From the human T2T-CHM13v2.0 reference genome, Homo sapiens, in the NCBI RefSeq assembly GCF_009914755.1, contig NC_060938.1: a stretch of DNA of 64,000 bases. The stretch is one strand, 5' to 3'. The position numbers and the translations under genes are program-made. Of the stretch, positions 16,591-37,795 are shown piece by piece; the stretch's first letter is position 1, and each line of letters starts with the position of its first letter. Below the pieces are notes generated by a model that saw only the letters and a list, made by a program, of their open reading frames with translations, searched no databases and had not been told where the DNA came from.

Positions 16591-17560
16591 TGTTGAACAT
16601 TTTCTATGTAGCAGATACCTTGCTGGTTTGCATTTCACATGTTAAAATATCTTGCTGAGCTTGGTATTATCCCAGTTTTACAGATGAAGATAATAAGTGG
16701 CTTATTTAAGGTTACATGGCTACTGAAAGGGTAGACATGGGATTTGAATGGAAGTGTAGCTTTAAAGCCCAGCTGTTTTTACGTTGTGATGCTTCTCTGG
16801 GGTAAGTAGTTATTCCCTGTACAGTCTTGAAAGAGACTTAATAGGAAACAAAGCAAAGGTTCCTCAGTCCCGTTTCTTAGAGCCTGTTGTCTATACAGCA
16901 CTGTGCTTCTCCCCAGTGCTTTGTCCTGAACAAGCTGCAGATACTGTCAGGTACCCCACACAGCACTTAGCACCTCTAGGTCTCCATCTCCCTGTCTGTT
17001 AAGTCAAAGAGTTGGATAAGTCCAGCCTTTTCAACTGTAACATTCAGTGGGTTGTGCAACTTGCTGGCCATACTTTCCTTTTTTGCTTTGGAAGCATCAG
17101 GGAAGGAAGGGATCAAACATCTTTTTCTTCCTTTGGTCTGAACTGCATAGGCTTCTTGACCTTCTTCCCTTAGCTCTGATCTAAGATTTTTTTCTCGACA
17201 AAGTGCTCATCATTTACTGAAAGTGTATTGTTCTCACATATGTCTTTGATTTAATAATGTATCACAGATTTGGGTTTCCTAAATAGGAAGAAGGCTTTAT
17301 GAAGTCATTAATTATCAGAATTAAAGTAAATTAATTATCCTTTGACTTTCTCATAACATTTCATTTAAAATGCTGTCAATAATTCTGGATAATGTTTTAA
17401 GTGACATTTAAAACATTAATGCTGATCCTTGGAGTAGTTTGAGCAGCATGGTTCTAAAGCAGAGGTTGGCCCATTTTGTGAATAAAACGTTATTGGAACA
17501 GAGCCATACCTGTCAGTAGCTACTTTCACACTACAACCCCAGAGCTGAGTAGTTATCTAT

Positions 17561-18542
<982 letters not shown>

Positions 18543-19035
18543 TTACTTACTAAATATTTGAAGGCAAAGTGTTTCTCAAAGTTTATATAAAATGAATTGG
18601 GAAGAATAAGCTGAAGCTCAGTTATTCATGAACACTTTGAAAATCGCTTATATATGACTACTGCCGTCATATAATTTTCACATTCATTCATTCTTATTCT
18701 GTTGTGAGTGCATACTTGCGGAGAACAAACAAACTCATATTTTCCATGTAGCATCATGATCTGTCCTGTAGCCCAGTGACCTTGCTGCTCCATTCCAGTA
18801 TAAATCCAACAATACACAAAGCACAGAGTGAGACCTATGACATTATGCTGGTGCCCAGTTATCACAGTGCACTGAAGAAGGAAACCAGAGCAGAGAGAGG
18901 ATACTGGATTCAGGGGATTTTACCTTTAAGTAAAAACTTAAATATATCCTATACCTATAGACCTCAAAATAACAGATTATATGATATAAATGGAATTAAA
19001 CATTTTCAATCTTTAAAATACTCTTCTAATTGCAG

Positions 19036-19632
<597 letters not shown>

Positions 19633-19879
19633 TCATTTGGGTAGTGGTCCTCTTTTAAGTAGGGATTTTTTGCATTCTGCTTAGAGAAAACGCAAGCTTA
19701 TCCAAGCTTGATATATTTGCTATCAGTTCTTGGTTTGCCACAGTAGATTATCTATATTTTGATTGACCTGTGGCGGCTTCTCTACTATCATGTATCAATA
19801 TCAGTAGATGCTTGAAAGAAGTAGGAACAAACCCACAGAGAGTAAGGATGAATTTGTGCATGTGTGTCTGAATATATCT

Positions 19880-23230
<3,351 letters not shown>

Positions 23231-24298
23231 AGAGTTATGACAGGAACTGTGTGGTCCACAAGTCAAAGATACTTAATCTGGCTCTTCACAGGAAAAGTTT
23301 GCTGACCCTTTGCTTGGCTGTCAGGAGTGGCAGCCTGTTTTCAGAATACATTTTCCACACCATTTACTAAGTGTATTAAATAGCAGTCCAGTGGCTTAAA
23401 AGAGCCACTCTTTTAGACAACCTAATTTTGAAGAACTTGGAGCTCCTAGAATCTTCCCATCAGTGTGGTGCTTATTGCATTGTCAGTTTCTATTCTGATC
23501 ACCGCTTTGAAACGGACTCTTGTGAAGGATAAGACCTGTCCGTGACAGGTCCTCACAAAGTGGAAGGCAATGAAGAAGATATTGTCTATATAGCTCAGGC
23601 TGTTCCAGGCCACAGAGACCTGGCCTGATTTTGTGAAATATGGAAAAATTGCCCAAATAATGAGAAAAACCATAAAAAGAACTATTTTACAAGATTAAGT
23701 ACTGTAAATTTGGTAATAGCTTGAAAATCCATTCCTCAGTCAGGTAAACTGCAGCTCAGTTTCTTGGTGTGGCAAAATGAGACATTGCTAATTTTAAAGT
23801 CATTGAGGACATAAAAGTTGAAACCATGTATGCAGTTTCTGGTTCAATAGTTTGAGAACAGAGATTTCTCAGAGTATCATAGTAAATGGTTTCATACTGA
23901 GCCTACTGTAGAAAATAGCAACATTATGTTATTTTGACCTGTTAAGATCTTACATAAATTTTCAGCCAAATCAAAAAGTAATTACTGCAGAAGGGAAGTG
24001 TTAAGTGAGAAAGAAGAGGAACGAAAGGTAAACATTGCCTTCTGTTCTTCGTCTTCTGCCTGCTGTATAAATATTGAGTGTAGCCCTCAGTCGGAAAAAA
24101 CAGGTTTGGTTTAATTCAAAATATATGCAGCTGTCTTTTGGTTGTGCAAAGAATAATAGTTGAACTAGAGGTATTGCTCTTAGCCTCTCTTTAACTCAAT
24201 TATTTATCAAATTTCTGTTTTATCTTTTGGCAAATGTACAAGTAATTAGACACACTAAAAGTACATGCTAACTTGTTTATTTGAAAAGTCACAAAAAT

Positions 24299-24989
<691 letters not shown>

Positions 24990-25242
24990 TTATCTTTGCC
25001 ATATGCCTTTTGAGAAAATTAAACTTGCAAGATAAAAACAAGCAAAACAAAATGGAAAAACTGTAACATCTAATGCTTTCATTTTATGCACAGTTCCATT
25101 TGACTGCCTTAAAGGAACCCAGCTTTGTCCTCATTTTGTATACCTGGGTACTTGGTTAAATATCTTTTAGATATTTGCTTTTGCATATGATGGGTACCCC
25201 ATAAATGTTTTTGAATGAATTAATGTTGAAGTAATCTCTCTA

Positions 25243-25407
<165 letters not shown>

Positions 25408-25561
25408 TTAAAAACCTCAAACAATAAAAACAGTGCATTTAGTAGAATTAGACTGGGTAACAGAAAGATAAAATACAGACTTAAGACCAGGACTTTTCAT
25501 TAGAGAAAGTTGAGTGAAACAAATTTTAATTTGTGATTGATCTTCATATGAGTATCAAATA

Positions 25562-25868
25562 AATGAAAAGAGGCTTATTTGGCTCACGTTTCTGCTTCTG
25601 TACAAGAAGCGTGGCACCAGCATCTGCTTCTGGTGAGGGCCTTAGGCTACTTCCATTCATAGTGGAAGGCAAAGGGGAGCTTTTGTATAGAAATCACATG
25701 GCAAGAGAGGAAGCGAGAGCGAGAGAGACAGAGAGAGAAAGGAGGTGCCAGACTCTTTTCAGCAACCAGCACTCATGGGAACTCAGCTCCTGTTAGGCCC
25801 AGCCCCGATACTGGGTATCAAACTTAAACATGAGATTCAGAGGAGATAAACATTCAAACTGTACAGCA
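25562..25868 (-). mobile_element. MST-family MaLR LTR fragment
   Basis: ttatttggctcacgtttctgc...gcatctgcttctggtgagggcc...ggaaggcaaaggggagc. Confidence 0.75.
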
Positions 25869-25882
25869 GTAAGTTTGTGTAA

Positions 25883-26008
<126 letters not shown>

Positions 26009-26047
26009 TAGGTAGCTGGGACTACAGACATGATCCACCATGCCAGC

Positions 26048-26174
26048 ATACATATATATACATATACATATATATATGTATATACGTGTGTGTGTATATA
26101 TATATGTGTGTATATATATGTGTATATATGTGTATATATGTATATACATATGTATATAGACGTGTGTGTGTGTG

Positions 26175-26256
<82 letters not shown>
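26048..26256. repeat. Compound (TA)n/(TG)n microsatellite between two antisense Alu arms
   Basis: Includes an uninterrupted (TG)~18 followed by (TA)~20. Confidence 0.95.
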
Positions 26257-26259
<3 letters not shown>

Positions 26260-26674
26260 CTTGAGACAGGGTCTCACTCTGTCGCCCAGGCTGGAGTACA
26301 GTGGTGCGATCTTGGCTCACTGCAACCTCCGCCTGCCTGGCTCTGTGACGTCACTTAACACACTTTCCTGTAACCATGTTCTTGGCTGCTTCTCTGGATA
26401 GGTGGTTCAGGCAAGAGCTGTGGCTTTTATTTATCTGGTTTACACTCTGACATAGGGGGTTGTATTAAATTGCTCTTCCATTCATACACGACACATGGAG
26501 CTGGGCAGGGCCCTGCTCTTGTTTTTATTCATTTGCTTAATTGTGTGTTGATTTCCTTTTATACTCACCTTCTTTCCATTCTCCTTTCTCCTTGAGCCAC
26601 AATTTTGATATCTTTAATGTGTTTCTTTTCGTTTTATGTTTTTGCATAATATAGATTGAATTTATGTGTATTAT

Positions 26675-26970
26675 TTTGTTTTGTTTTTGAGACAGGGTCT
26701 TACTCTGTCATCCAGGCTGGAGTGCAGTGGCATGATCATGGCTCACTGTAGCCTTGACCTCCTGGGCTCAAGTGATCCTCCCACCTCAGTCTCTTGAGTA
26801 GCTGAGACTATAGGTGTGCACCACCACTCCTGGCTAATTTTTGTATTTTTAGTAGAGATGGGGTTTTTCCCATGTTGCCCAAGCTGGTCTTGAACTCCTG
26901 TGCTCAACTGATCCGCCTGCCTTGGCTTCTTGAGGTGCTGGGTTTATAGTTGTGAGCTACTGCACCCAAC
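26675..26970 (-). mobile_element. Alu (J-like)
   Basis: Alu consensus. Confidence 0.88.
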
Positions 26971-27902
26971 CTGTACATGTATTTTTAAGTTGTGTACCCT
27001 TCAGATTATATGTTGTTTCTTTTTATTTTTGAACACAGTGTATTTTAAGGTGCTTCCATGTTGGCATTTGAGCATCTAATTTTCGCCTAACTGCTGCATA
27101 GCATTAAATGATGGGTAACCATCACATGGTCCTTCTCCACACCAGAAGCTTTCTGTATCTTTATCTCCAGCTCTTAGCACAATAGGTTGTTCATAAATGT
27201 TTGGCCAATGAGTAAATGAATGAACGTGTGAGTGAGTTTTGTCAGCGCTTGCCGGGGGGACATCCAGGTAGCAGGGGCAGTGAGAATGAAGACACAAGAG
27301 TACAGCGAGTATTTGGAGAAGCAAGCAGTCAGAGTGTGTTTCTCACATGCTTGTGCATGCAGGGAGTGGTGGGAGGCTGAAGAAGGAGGAGATGTACTTG
27401 GATTTGGGGATGGGTGGTGCTTTCGTGAAGGACAGATATTCGGGAGATATGGTAGAGATATGTCATGTGGATATACAGTTAGGGCTAGAGAGGGAAGAAG
27501 TTATAAATCTGTATGAAAGATGTAGTGTCAGAGCACACAAGGACATACGGCATTTCAAATGATGGTCATTCAGTAGGTTAGTCTATCCTTGCTTAGAGGT
27601 GTGCTTTTAATCTTTTGAATTTCCTCCATATCTTATTGTGGATTTATCAAAACGTTTGTTTTTTCTTATGCCTTCTTTTCCTACAGCTTTTGAACAAATT
27701 ATATTCCTGGTGAGCAAGTAGCTAAGTGATATTTAAAACTAAGAAATTTACCCATTGATGAAGATTTCCATGATAATTGATCACATTTATCAGACTTGGC
27801 TTCCAGAGAAACTTCAAAGAATCAAACATACTGTATGTGAAGAAATAAACTAGAAAAGTTCTACTGAAGAATATGTTCTTTTTTTTTTTTTTTTTTTTTC
27901 AG

Positions 27903-28067
27903 ATTAATGCATGGAAAATAAAGCTAAATTATGCCTTGCCCCCACCCCTCCATCAAACTGAAGCTTGGCTCCAGGAGGTAGAAGAGCTTATGGATGAAGA
28001 TTTGTCAGCCTCCCAGGATCACTCTCAAGCCGTGACTCTGATACAAGAGAAAATGACTTTATTCAAG
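27903..28067 (+). CDS. SYNE2: Nesprin-2 exon (~12)
   Basis: T21-cag|ATT AAT...TTC AAG|gttgga; 165 nt; INAWKIKLNYALPPPLHQTEAWLQEVEELMDEDLSASQDHSQAVTLIQEKMTLFK. Confidence 0.95.
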
Positions 28068-28502
28068 GTTGGAAAAGAAAAAAAAGAGATGTAGGAAAAT
28101 ACATATTTTGTTAGGGATTGTTCTTGAGGAAGACTTTGTCCTAAAAAGAAGAGAAGGATAATAGTGGATATTTGAGGATGGTTTAGAATGATTCCTCTGG
28201 GGATTTTTGGGACCTAGAATGTAACTTTACCTTCATGACCATTGTGTTAGTTTAAGATTGAAACAATTAGGATAGAATCTAAATAAGGATAGAGTTCTAA
28301 AGCAACTATAAATAAAGTCTTACCAAAAAAAAAAGGTCAAGGGGTGGGAGGGTGGAGAAGGGGGAGCCTGATTTAAAATTTGAGGGTCTGGGTTCTCACT
28401 AAAATGGCATGAAAAAAATTATGTGAGATTTATGGTATTTGAGCCTACAAAGGAATGGAAAATACACCAATAAATAAAAGATTGTAATAATGGTTTTACT
28501 AA

Positions 28503-29117
<615 letters not shown>

Positions 29118-29244
29118 GGTGGGTTGTGGGGAGGGTTTTATGATTTTTTTTTGAAAAAAGATGTAATGCAAGTGAGATTGACAAACCCTTAATTACAGTG
29201 TTTGGCAATAAGTATCGTTTATGTCATGCTGAATTTCTTTTCAG

Positions 29245-29357
29245 AGCCTGATGGATAGATTTGAGCATCATTCGAACATTCTCCTTACCTTTGAAAATAA
29301 GGATGAAAATCACTTGCCATTGGTACCACCTAACAAATTGGAGGAAATGAAAAGACG
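29245..29357 (+). CDS. SYNE2: Nesprin-2 exon (~13)
   Basis: tttcag|AGC CTG ATG...AGA CG|gtgtgt; 113 nt; SLMDRFEHHSNILLTFENKDENHLPLVPPNKLEEMKR(R). Confidence 0.95.
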
Positions 29358-30191
29358 GTGTGTAACACTACCATTTCACAGCTGCTGTCACTATTCACGT
29401 TTGAGTAACAACTGATACTACAGGGACCACAAAATACAGATTTTTAGATAATTTTTACCAAGTATTCTCCTTTAAATCTTGATAACAGTATCTTCACGTT
29501 TTATGTAGTAGTAACATTATAGGTAGTATGCCAACATACCTCCTTTTTTATTGAATGGTAGAATATGGTGATGGAAAACATTCAGAAACTGAGCTCTGTA
29601 TCTTGGTTTTGGGTAAGTTACTCTCTTTTTGAGCATGTTTCCACCTTTGTAAATTTAGGTTAATGATAATTGCCCTGTCCAGGTCTCACCAGGAAACTGG
29701 ATCAAATGGGAGGAGGGATATGAAAGCACTTTACAAACTGTAAAATACTACAAATATTGAGATTATTTAATTCATTATCTTTTCTTATTACTCAAAAACA
29801 ACTTATTAGAATAATAAGAGGGTGTTAGCATTAATAATGAAAACTTTTAATATATAAACTTAGATTATAGTTTTATTAAGTTATGTGGAAGTTTTCAGAT
29901 TTAGTAAACTATTTCATAGATCAGCATTTTATTACAGGATTTGTCAGTCGGAGAATAGTTTATTCAGAAAATGTTCTGTTTTTGATGTTTTTACCTTAGA
30001 AATGGTTGTTGTATACCTAGTCACAGTATTCGTTTTACAATGTTTAAAAAAGAAAAAGACAATGATACATCTGAGTTCCATGTGCTTAAAAGAAAAAGTT
30101 AAAGCCTCAATATTTTTTAAAATGCTGAACAGATTTCTCACATTTGGTCAATAATATTAAGTTAAATTCCAAAACCTGCACTGTTTTCCAG

Positions 30192-30354
30192 AATCAACAA
30201 CATTTTGGAGAAAAAATTTATTCTACTTCTAGAATTTCATTACTACAAGTGCTTAGTTCTTGGTTTGGTAGATGAAGTGAAATCAAAATTGGATATTTGG
30301 AACATTAAATATGGGAGCAGAGAATCTGTGGAATTATTGCTGGAAGACTGGCAT
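30192..30354 (+). CDS. SYNE2: Nesprin-2 exon (~14)
   Basis: ttccag|A ATC AAC...TGG CAT|gtaagc; 163 nt; INNILEKKFILLLEFHYYKCLVLGLVDEVKSKLDIWNIKYGSRESVELLLEDWH. Confidence 0.95.
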
Positions 30355-30970
30355 GTAAGCTTTTCAATTTTGTGTCTTAGGCAACTCCTCCATCTCTGGG
30401 TGCTGTGTTTGCATTTTTCCTTGGCATGATTTCCCATTAACTCTTCGGGTTTTGAGATGGGTTTTCTTGGTAGATTTCATTAGCTTAAATATTGCATGGA
30501 GAAAAGAATTACAGGGAGTCAACCAGCAGCACAGGAAAGAGTAAAAATATAGAAAATATCACTACTTACTACCCAAGGGGAGATTAAGAGTTAACCAGGT
30601 CTATTAATGTAATATAAAAGGTTTCCATGCTTTTTTTCATTAAAAATTCCGCTTTCACTTACTTGAAATGTTAATTTTTGTTTCCTTTTCAGATTCATAG
30701 TTTCATGCAGTAATTACATTTTTCTTATAACATTTTGATCTTAGCTTACTAAATTTTACTAACTAGGATAAACAATACATTTTCTCTTTTGTCATGAGGC
30801 TTTCCTTTTGGGTTTAGCTCTTCTAATTTATAGGAAAAAATGTTTGAAGTGACTTGCATGTAAGTGTGTTCACATCTAAGTTAAAACTACAGCATCACAG
30901 AAATGTCAATTCTACATTTAGACTTTGTCCTTCTTTTTGTTTCCCTCCTTTTAGAGATGAGGTGGGGTGG

Positions 30971-31258
30971 GGCTGGGCGCGGTGGCGCACACCTGTAATC
31001 CCAACACATTGGGAGGCCAAGGCAGGTGGATTGCCTGAGGTCAGGAGTTCGAGACATGGCGAAACCCTGTCTCTACTAAAAATACAAAAATTAGCTGGGC
31101 GTGGTTGTAGGCACCTGTAATACCAGCTACTTGGGAGGCTGAGGCAGGAGCATCACTTGAACCCTGGGAGGTGGAGGTTGCAGTTAGCCAAGATTGTGGC
31201 ACTGCACTGCACTCCAGCCTGGGCGACAGAGCAAGACTTTGTCTTAAAAAAGAAAAAT
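30971..31258 (+). mobile_element. Alu
   Basis: Alu consensus; flanks tagagatgagg / tagaaatgagg. Confidence 0.88.
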
Positions 31259-31993
31259 AGAAATGAGGGGGGGAAGGAAAAATCCAAGATTGTAAATTTT
31301 ATTGTAAAAATTTAAAAAAATGATAAAGAGAAATTTACTTCCAGTTTATGACTTAAACACTCTAAGTTTCCAAACAGGAAGCATCATTCTAAACTAGGCT
31401 AGATTTTGAGTATTTCTATTTCTTTTTCCTTGCTTGAATTTTCATTTTTCTATTTAAATATTCATACTATTGGCACACATAAGTATACAGTAAATAGGAA
31501 TTTTGAATTAGCTTAGTATTTTTTCCATAACAGAATTTGGTTAATGGTAGTTTCTGAAATGTTTTTGTGTGATGGATATCTTTTTGTAACGTACGCTAAT
31601 ATATCTAAAAAGATTACTCAGTATTAATAAAGCATGTGAAATAAGAGCAGCTGACACAATTATGTAATATTAAGGAAATGTGCAAAGTAGGAGATCCTGA
31701 AATTAAATACCTAACTTGCCTTTTTTCCACAAGAGGAAAACTACTATAGCACCATGTCACCACATTAAGATCAATTTTATCAGATGTCAGACCTATTTAA
31801 TGTTCACACTCAGCTTATGTCTCCTAGATTTTCACCATCCTTCTTCCTGTTTTCCTACCAAATATGTAGTATTAAAGCCCTAAAGAAATTTGGTAACTCT
31901 GTCCTTCGTTGAATGGCTGTATCTCACTATCTGGATTTCTTGGCACAATTTTAAAAGTAAAAACTGTCAATATGTTTTTTGTTTTCTTCCCAG

Positions 31994-32072
31994 AAATTTA
32001 TTGAAGAAAAAGAATTCCTAGCTCGACTTGATACTTCTTTTCAAAAATGTGGAGAAATTTATAAGAATTTGG
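31994..32072 (+). CDS. SYNE2: Nesprin-2 exon (~15)
   Basis: tcccag|AAA TTT...TTG G|gtaaag; 79 nt; KFIEEKEFLARLDTSFQKCGEIYKNL. Confidence 0.94.
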
Positions 32073-32325
32073 GTAAAGTGGTTCAGTTACTTTCTGATGG
32101 AATGACTGTCACTTAACAGTGATGTTTTATCTGTTGTGCTTTCTATATAATGTTTTAGAAATTAGTTTTATGTGCATGTTTTCCTGGGAAAATTCTTGCT
32201 TTCACTTTTAATATTGTCAGAGTACATATTATTTTGCCGCTGTCAATTAATATGCAAATATTTTTAAATAGTATTAATAAAAAATTGTTTTCTAAGATTA
32301 CTTTTTTGTTTTGTTAATATTGTAG

Positions 32326-32513
32326 CTGGAGAATGTCAGAATATTAATAAACAGTATATGATGGTGAAATCTGATGTTTGTATGTATAGAAAAAATATAT
32401 ATAATGTGAAGTCCACTCTACAAAAAGTGCTGGCATGTTGGGCTACTTATGTGGAAAACCTTCGCTTACTAAGGGCTTGCTTTGAGGAGACAAAGAAGGA
32501 AGAAATTAAAGAG
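32326..32513 (+). CDS. SYNE2: Nesprin-2 exon (~16)
   Basis: ttgtag|CT GGA GAA...AAA GAG|gtattt; 188 nt; (A)GECQNINKQYMMVKSDVCMYRKNIYNVKSTLQKVLACWATYVENLRLLRACFEETKKEEIKE. Confidence 0.95.
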
Positions 32514-33969
32514 GTATTTGCAGTCTAATAGCATCTGCTCAATTTTATTTTTTAATTGTTTTATTTTGTGACCCTCATTTTCAATCCAAAGATGAGAAAA
32601 CAGAGAAGAGTACACCAGTGTTTTGGAAAATTCTTCAAGGTCTTGGAAAGAATTTAGTTTCTTCCTGATATAATTGCCAAGAGGTAGTTTTCTCCACTGG
32701 TTTATATATACATGGTCAAACACGCACATACACGCCCCCCTCTTCCCACACATAGAGCTTTCTTAAGGTATAATTTACATACAGAGTAATAGCTTTTGGG
32801 AGATGTTTTGCTAAGCTCTTTGGAGAGGAAATAAGACTTAATGTACTGGCTAGCTTATAGACACAGTTAAAATAAACTACTGTTCAGAAAGTTTTATTTT
32901 TCCATTTGGTTGAAACCTTTCAGCTCTAAAATCTTCCTGAGTTTCTATAGGAGGAAAATCAAGATACCGTAACTTATGTGTAGAGGTGTGGAAGAACTGT
33001 CAATGTAATTCATTATTGTTTTCATGTGTTATTTATGTAATAATCTGTTCTATGATTATCTGAGGTGGTTTTTCTTTCTTTCATTTGTTTTTCTCTGTTG
33101 CAGATGGCTATAGATAGCCTTTCAGATTAAACATTTCCAAAATAGAAACTAAAATTAATAGAAAATAGATTATTTGTGTTAATGTAAAATTTGTGATAAC
33201 GGTAAGAGTGCAAAAAAGAGCATTTTACGGGTTGAGTCATCACTTCTGTTACCTGTATTAGCACTAGAAATTCAAATCTTCGTCTTCCAACAGTCTTTCT
33301 GTCTTTAAAGATCTTCTATAAAAATGTACATAACTCAGAGAAAAACACGCTAAGGTTGTAATACCCAAAACTGCTAAGAAACCCTGAGCTACCAGAGAGA
33401 ACTAAGAGAACTTACAGAACACTCTAAAATTTGAAGGAGACACAACAACATCCATCTGTTGGACACCATGCTGCTACTAAGTTGTTGAACCTGACTACTA
33501 AAAATGGGAACTGTTAGATAATATTTCTGGTCTAGGGACTCTCCGAAAAAATTAATGAGACAGTTAAGGCTCCATGAACTAAACAAGTTTGGAAACCACT
33601 GCTGTAAGTTCATCAGCCATGTAGAAAGAGATAAGATGCATCATAAAAGTTCAGGACCAGGAGTGATGACAGACAGCTGGCATTTGCCAGTTAGCACTTA
33701 AGAGGGAAGAGCTAGACCAACAGGGATGGCAGACTCCTCTAAGGGGAAAGTCAGTCTCTGCAAAGAATGTTGCTTAGAATTAGTCTTGGTGCGGAGGTTG
33801 CAATGACCTTGATTGCGCCACTGCACTCCAGCCTGGGCAACAGAGCAAGACTCCATCTCAAAAAAAAAAAAAAAAAAGAAAAGAAAAAAGCCTTGGTGAA
33901 CATTGATTATACATAATAGAAAGACAATATCGTGTCATTAAGATAGTGTGTTGCTTGTGTATCATGTAG

Positions 33970-34134
33970 GTACCCTTTGAGACACTAGCCCAGTGGAATC
34001 TAGAACACGCTACTTTAAATGAAGCAGGAAATTTCTTAGTCGAAGTCAGCAATGATGTGGTTGGATCATCTATTTCTAAAGAACTGAGAAGGCTGAATAA
34101 AAGATGGAGAAAGTTGGTTTCAAAAACTCAACTT
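33970..34134 (+). CDS. SYNE2: Nesprin-2 exon (~17)
   Basis: atgtag|GTA CCC...CAA CTT|gtaagt; 165 nt; VPFETLAQWNLEHATLNEAGNFLVEVSNDVVGSSISKELRRLNKRWRKLVSKTQL. Confidence 0.95.
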
Positions 34135-34149
34135 GTAAGTTCTTTTGAT

Positions 34150-34650
34150 TGGTTGCAGCTTTATTTAGATATGATTCATGTACCACACAATTTACTCATT
34201 GTAAGTTCATAACCAATTGATTTCTGGTATATGCACAGTTACGTAGCCATTACCATAAAAAATTTAGAACATTTTTATTACTTCATAAGGAAACCCTAGC
34301 AGTCACTCCCTATTTTCTTCCAACCCCCACCCCCTAAGCCCTACACAACCATGAATCCACTGTCTTTCTATAGATTAGCCTATTCTGGACATTTCACATA
34401 ATGAAATCATATAATATGTGATGTCTTGTGACTGGCTTTTGTTACTTGGCATAATATTTTTAAGGTTCATCTGTATTATAGAATGTAATCGTACTTCATT
34501 CCTTTTTATTGGCAAATAATAATTCATTGTATGGATATACCACATTTTGTTTATCCGTTCTCTAGTTTATACACATTTGAGTTCTTTTAACTTTTTGGGT
34601 TTTTATGAACAATGCAGCTGTGGACATTCATATGGACACATGTTTTCTTT
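34150..34650 (-). mobile_element. L1M 3' fragment
   Basis: cctattctggacatttcacataatgaaatcatataatatgtg... Confidence 0.7.
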
Positions 34651-35076
34651 GAGTGTATGCTCAAGAGAGCTTTCAGTTCTTGAATCTTTCTTGAGTATAT
34701 GCCTGAGAGATCTTTTAATTCTTGAACCCTTTTTACTGTAGAGCTTTCTAGTTGAAATTCACTTACCATGAAGGAAAAACAAGCATTGTTTTGCCTACTA
34801 GATTTTCAGCTCATTGAGAACATACACTGAGCCTTATGTATCTTTATATGTAGCATAGTGCCTCATAAAAGCAGACTTTTTATAAAATATTTTTTCAACT
34901 GATTCTTAACAATTTGAGATGTAGGTGTTTTATGTGAAATGCTCATATTTTATAACACTGTTGTAGTTTAATCCTAAACATATATTTGAATATATTACAT
35001 CCACTTACTGTTTGTAATGTATATTAGCATAAAATAAAAATATGAGTATTACATTTCATGAAATTATTTTGTATAG

Positions 35077-35226
35077 GAAATGAACCTGCCACTGATGATA
35101 AAAAAACAGGATCAGCCCACTTTTGACAATTCTGGAAATATTCTATCTAAAGAAGAGAAAGCAACTGTTGAGTTTTCAACAGATATGTCAGTAGAACTTC
35201 CTGAAAATTATAATCAAAATATAAAG
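35077..35226 (+). CDS. SYNE2: Nesprin-2 exon (~18)
   Basis: gtatag|GAA ATG...ATA AAG|gtaaaa; 150 nt; EMNLPLMIKKQDQPTFDNSGNILSKEEKATVEFSTDMSVELPENYNQNIK. Confidence 0.94.
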
Positions 35227-35299
35227 GTAAAATAATCATACTTTGTATATTTCACTTGCAAATAGAAATAATTTAACTTTGCTATTAAAAAAAAGATAT

Positions 35300-37720
<2,421 letters not shown>

Positions 37721-37795
37721 TAACTTTTTGAAAAGGAAAATTATTTTGTTATGTACATGCTGACATTTTCTCAGTGGTACTTTTGAATGTTGTAG

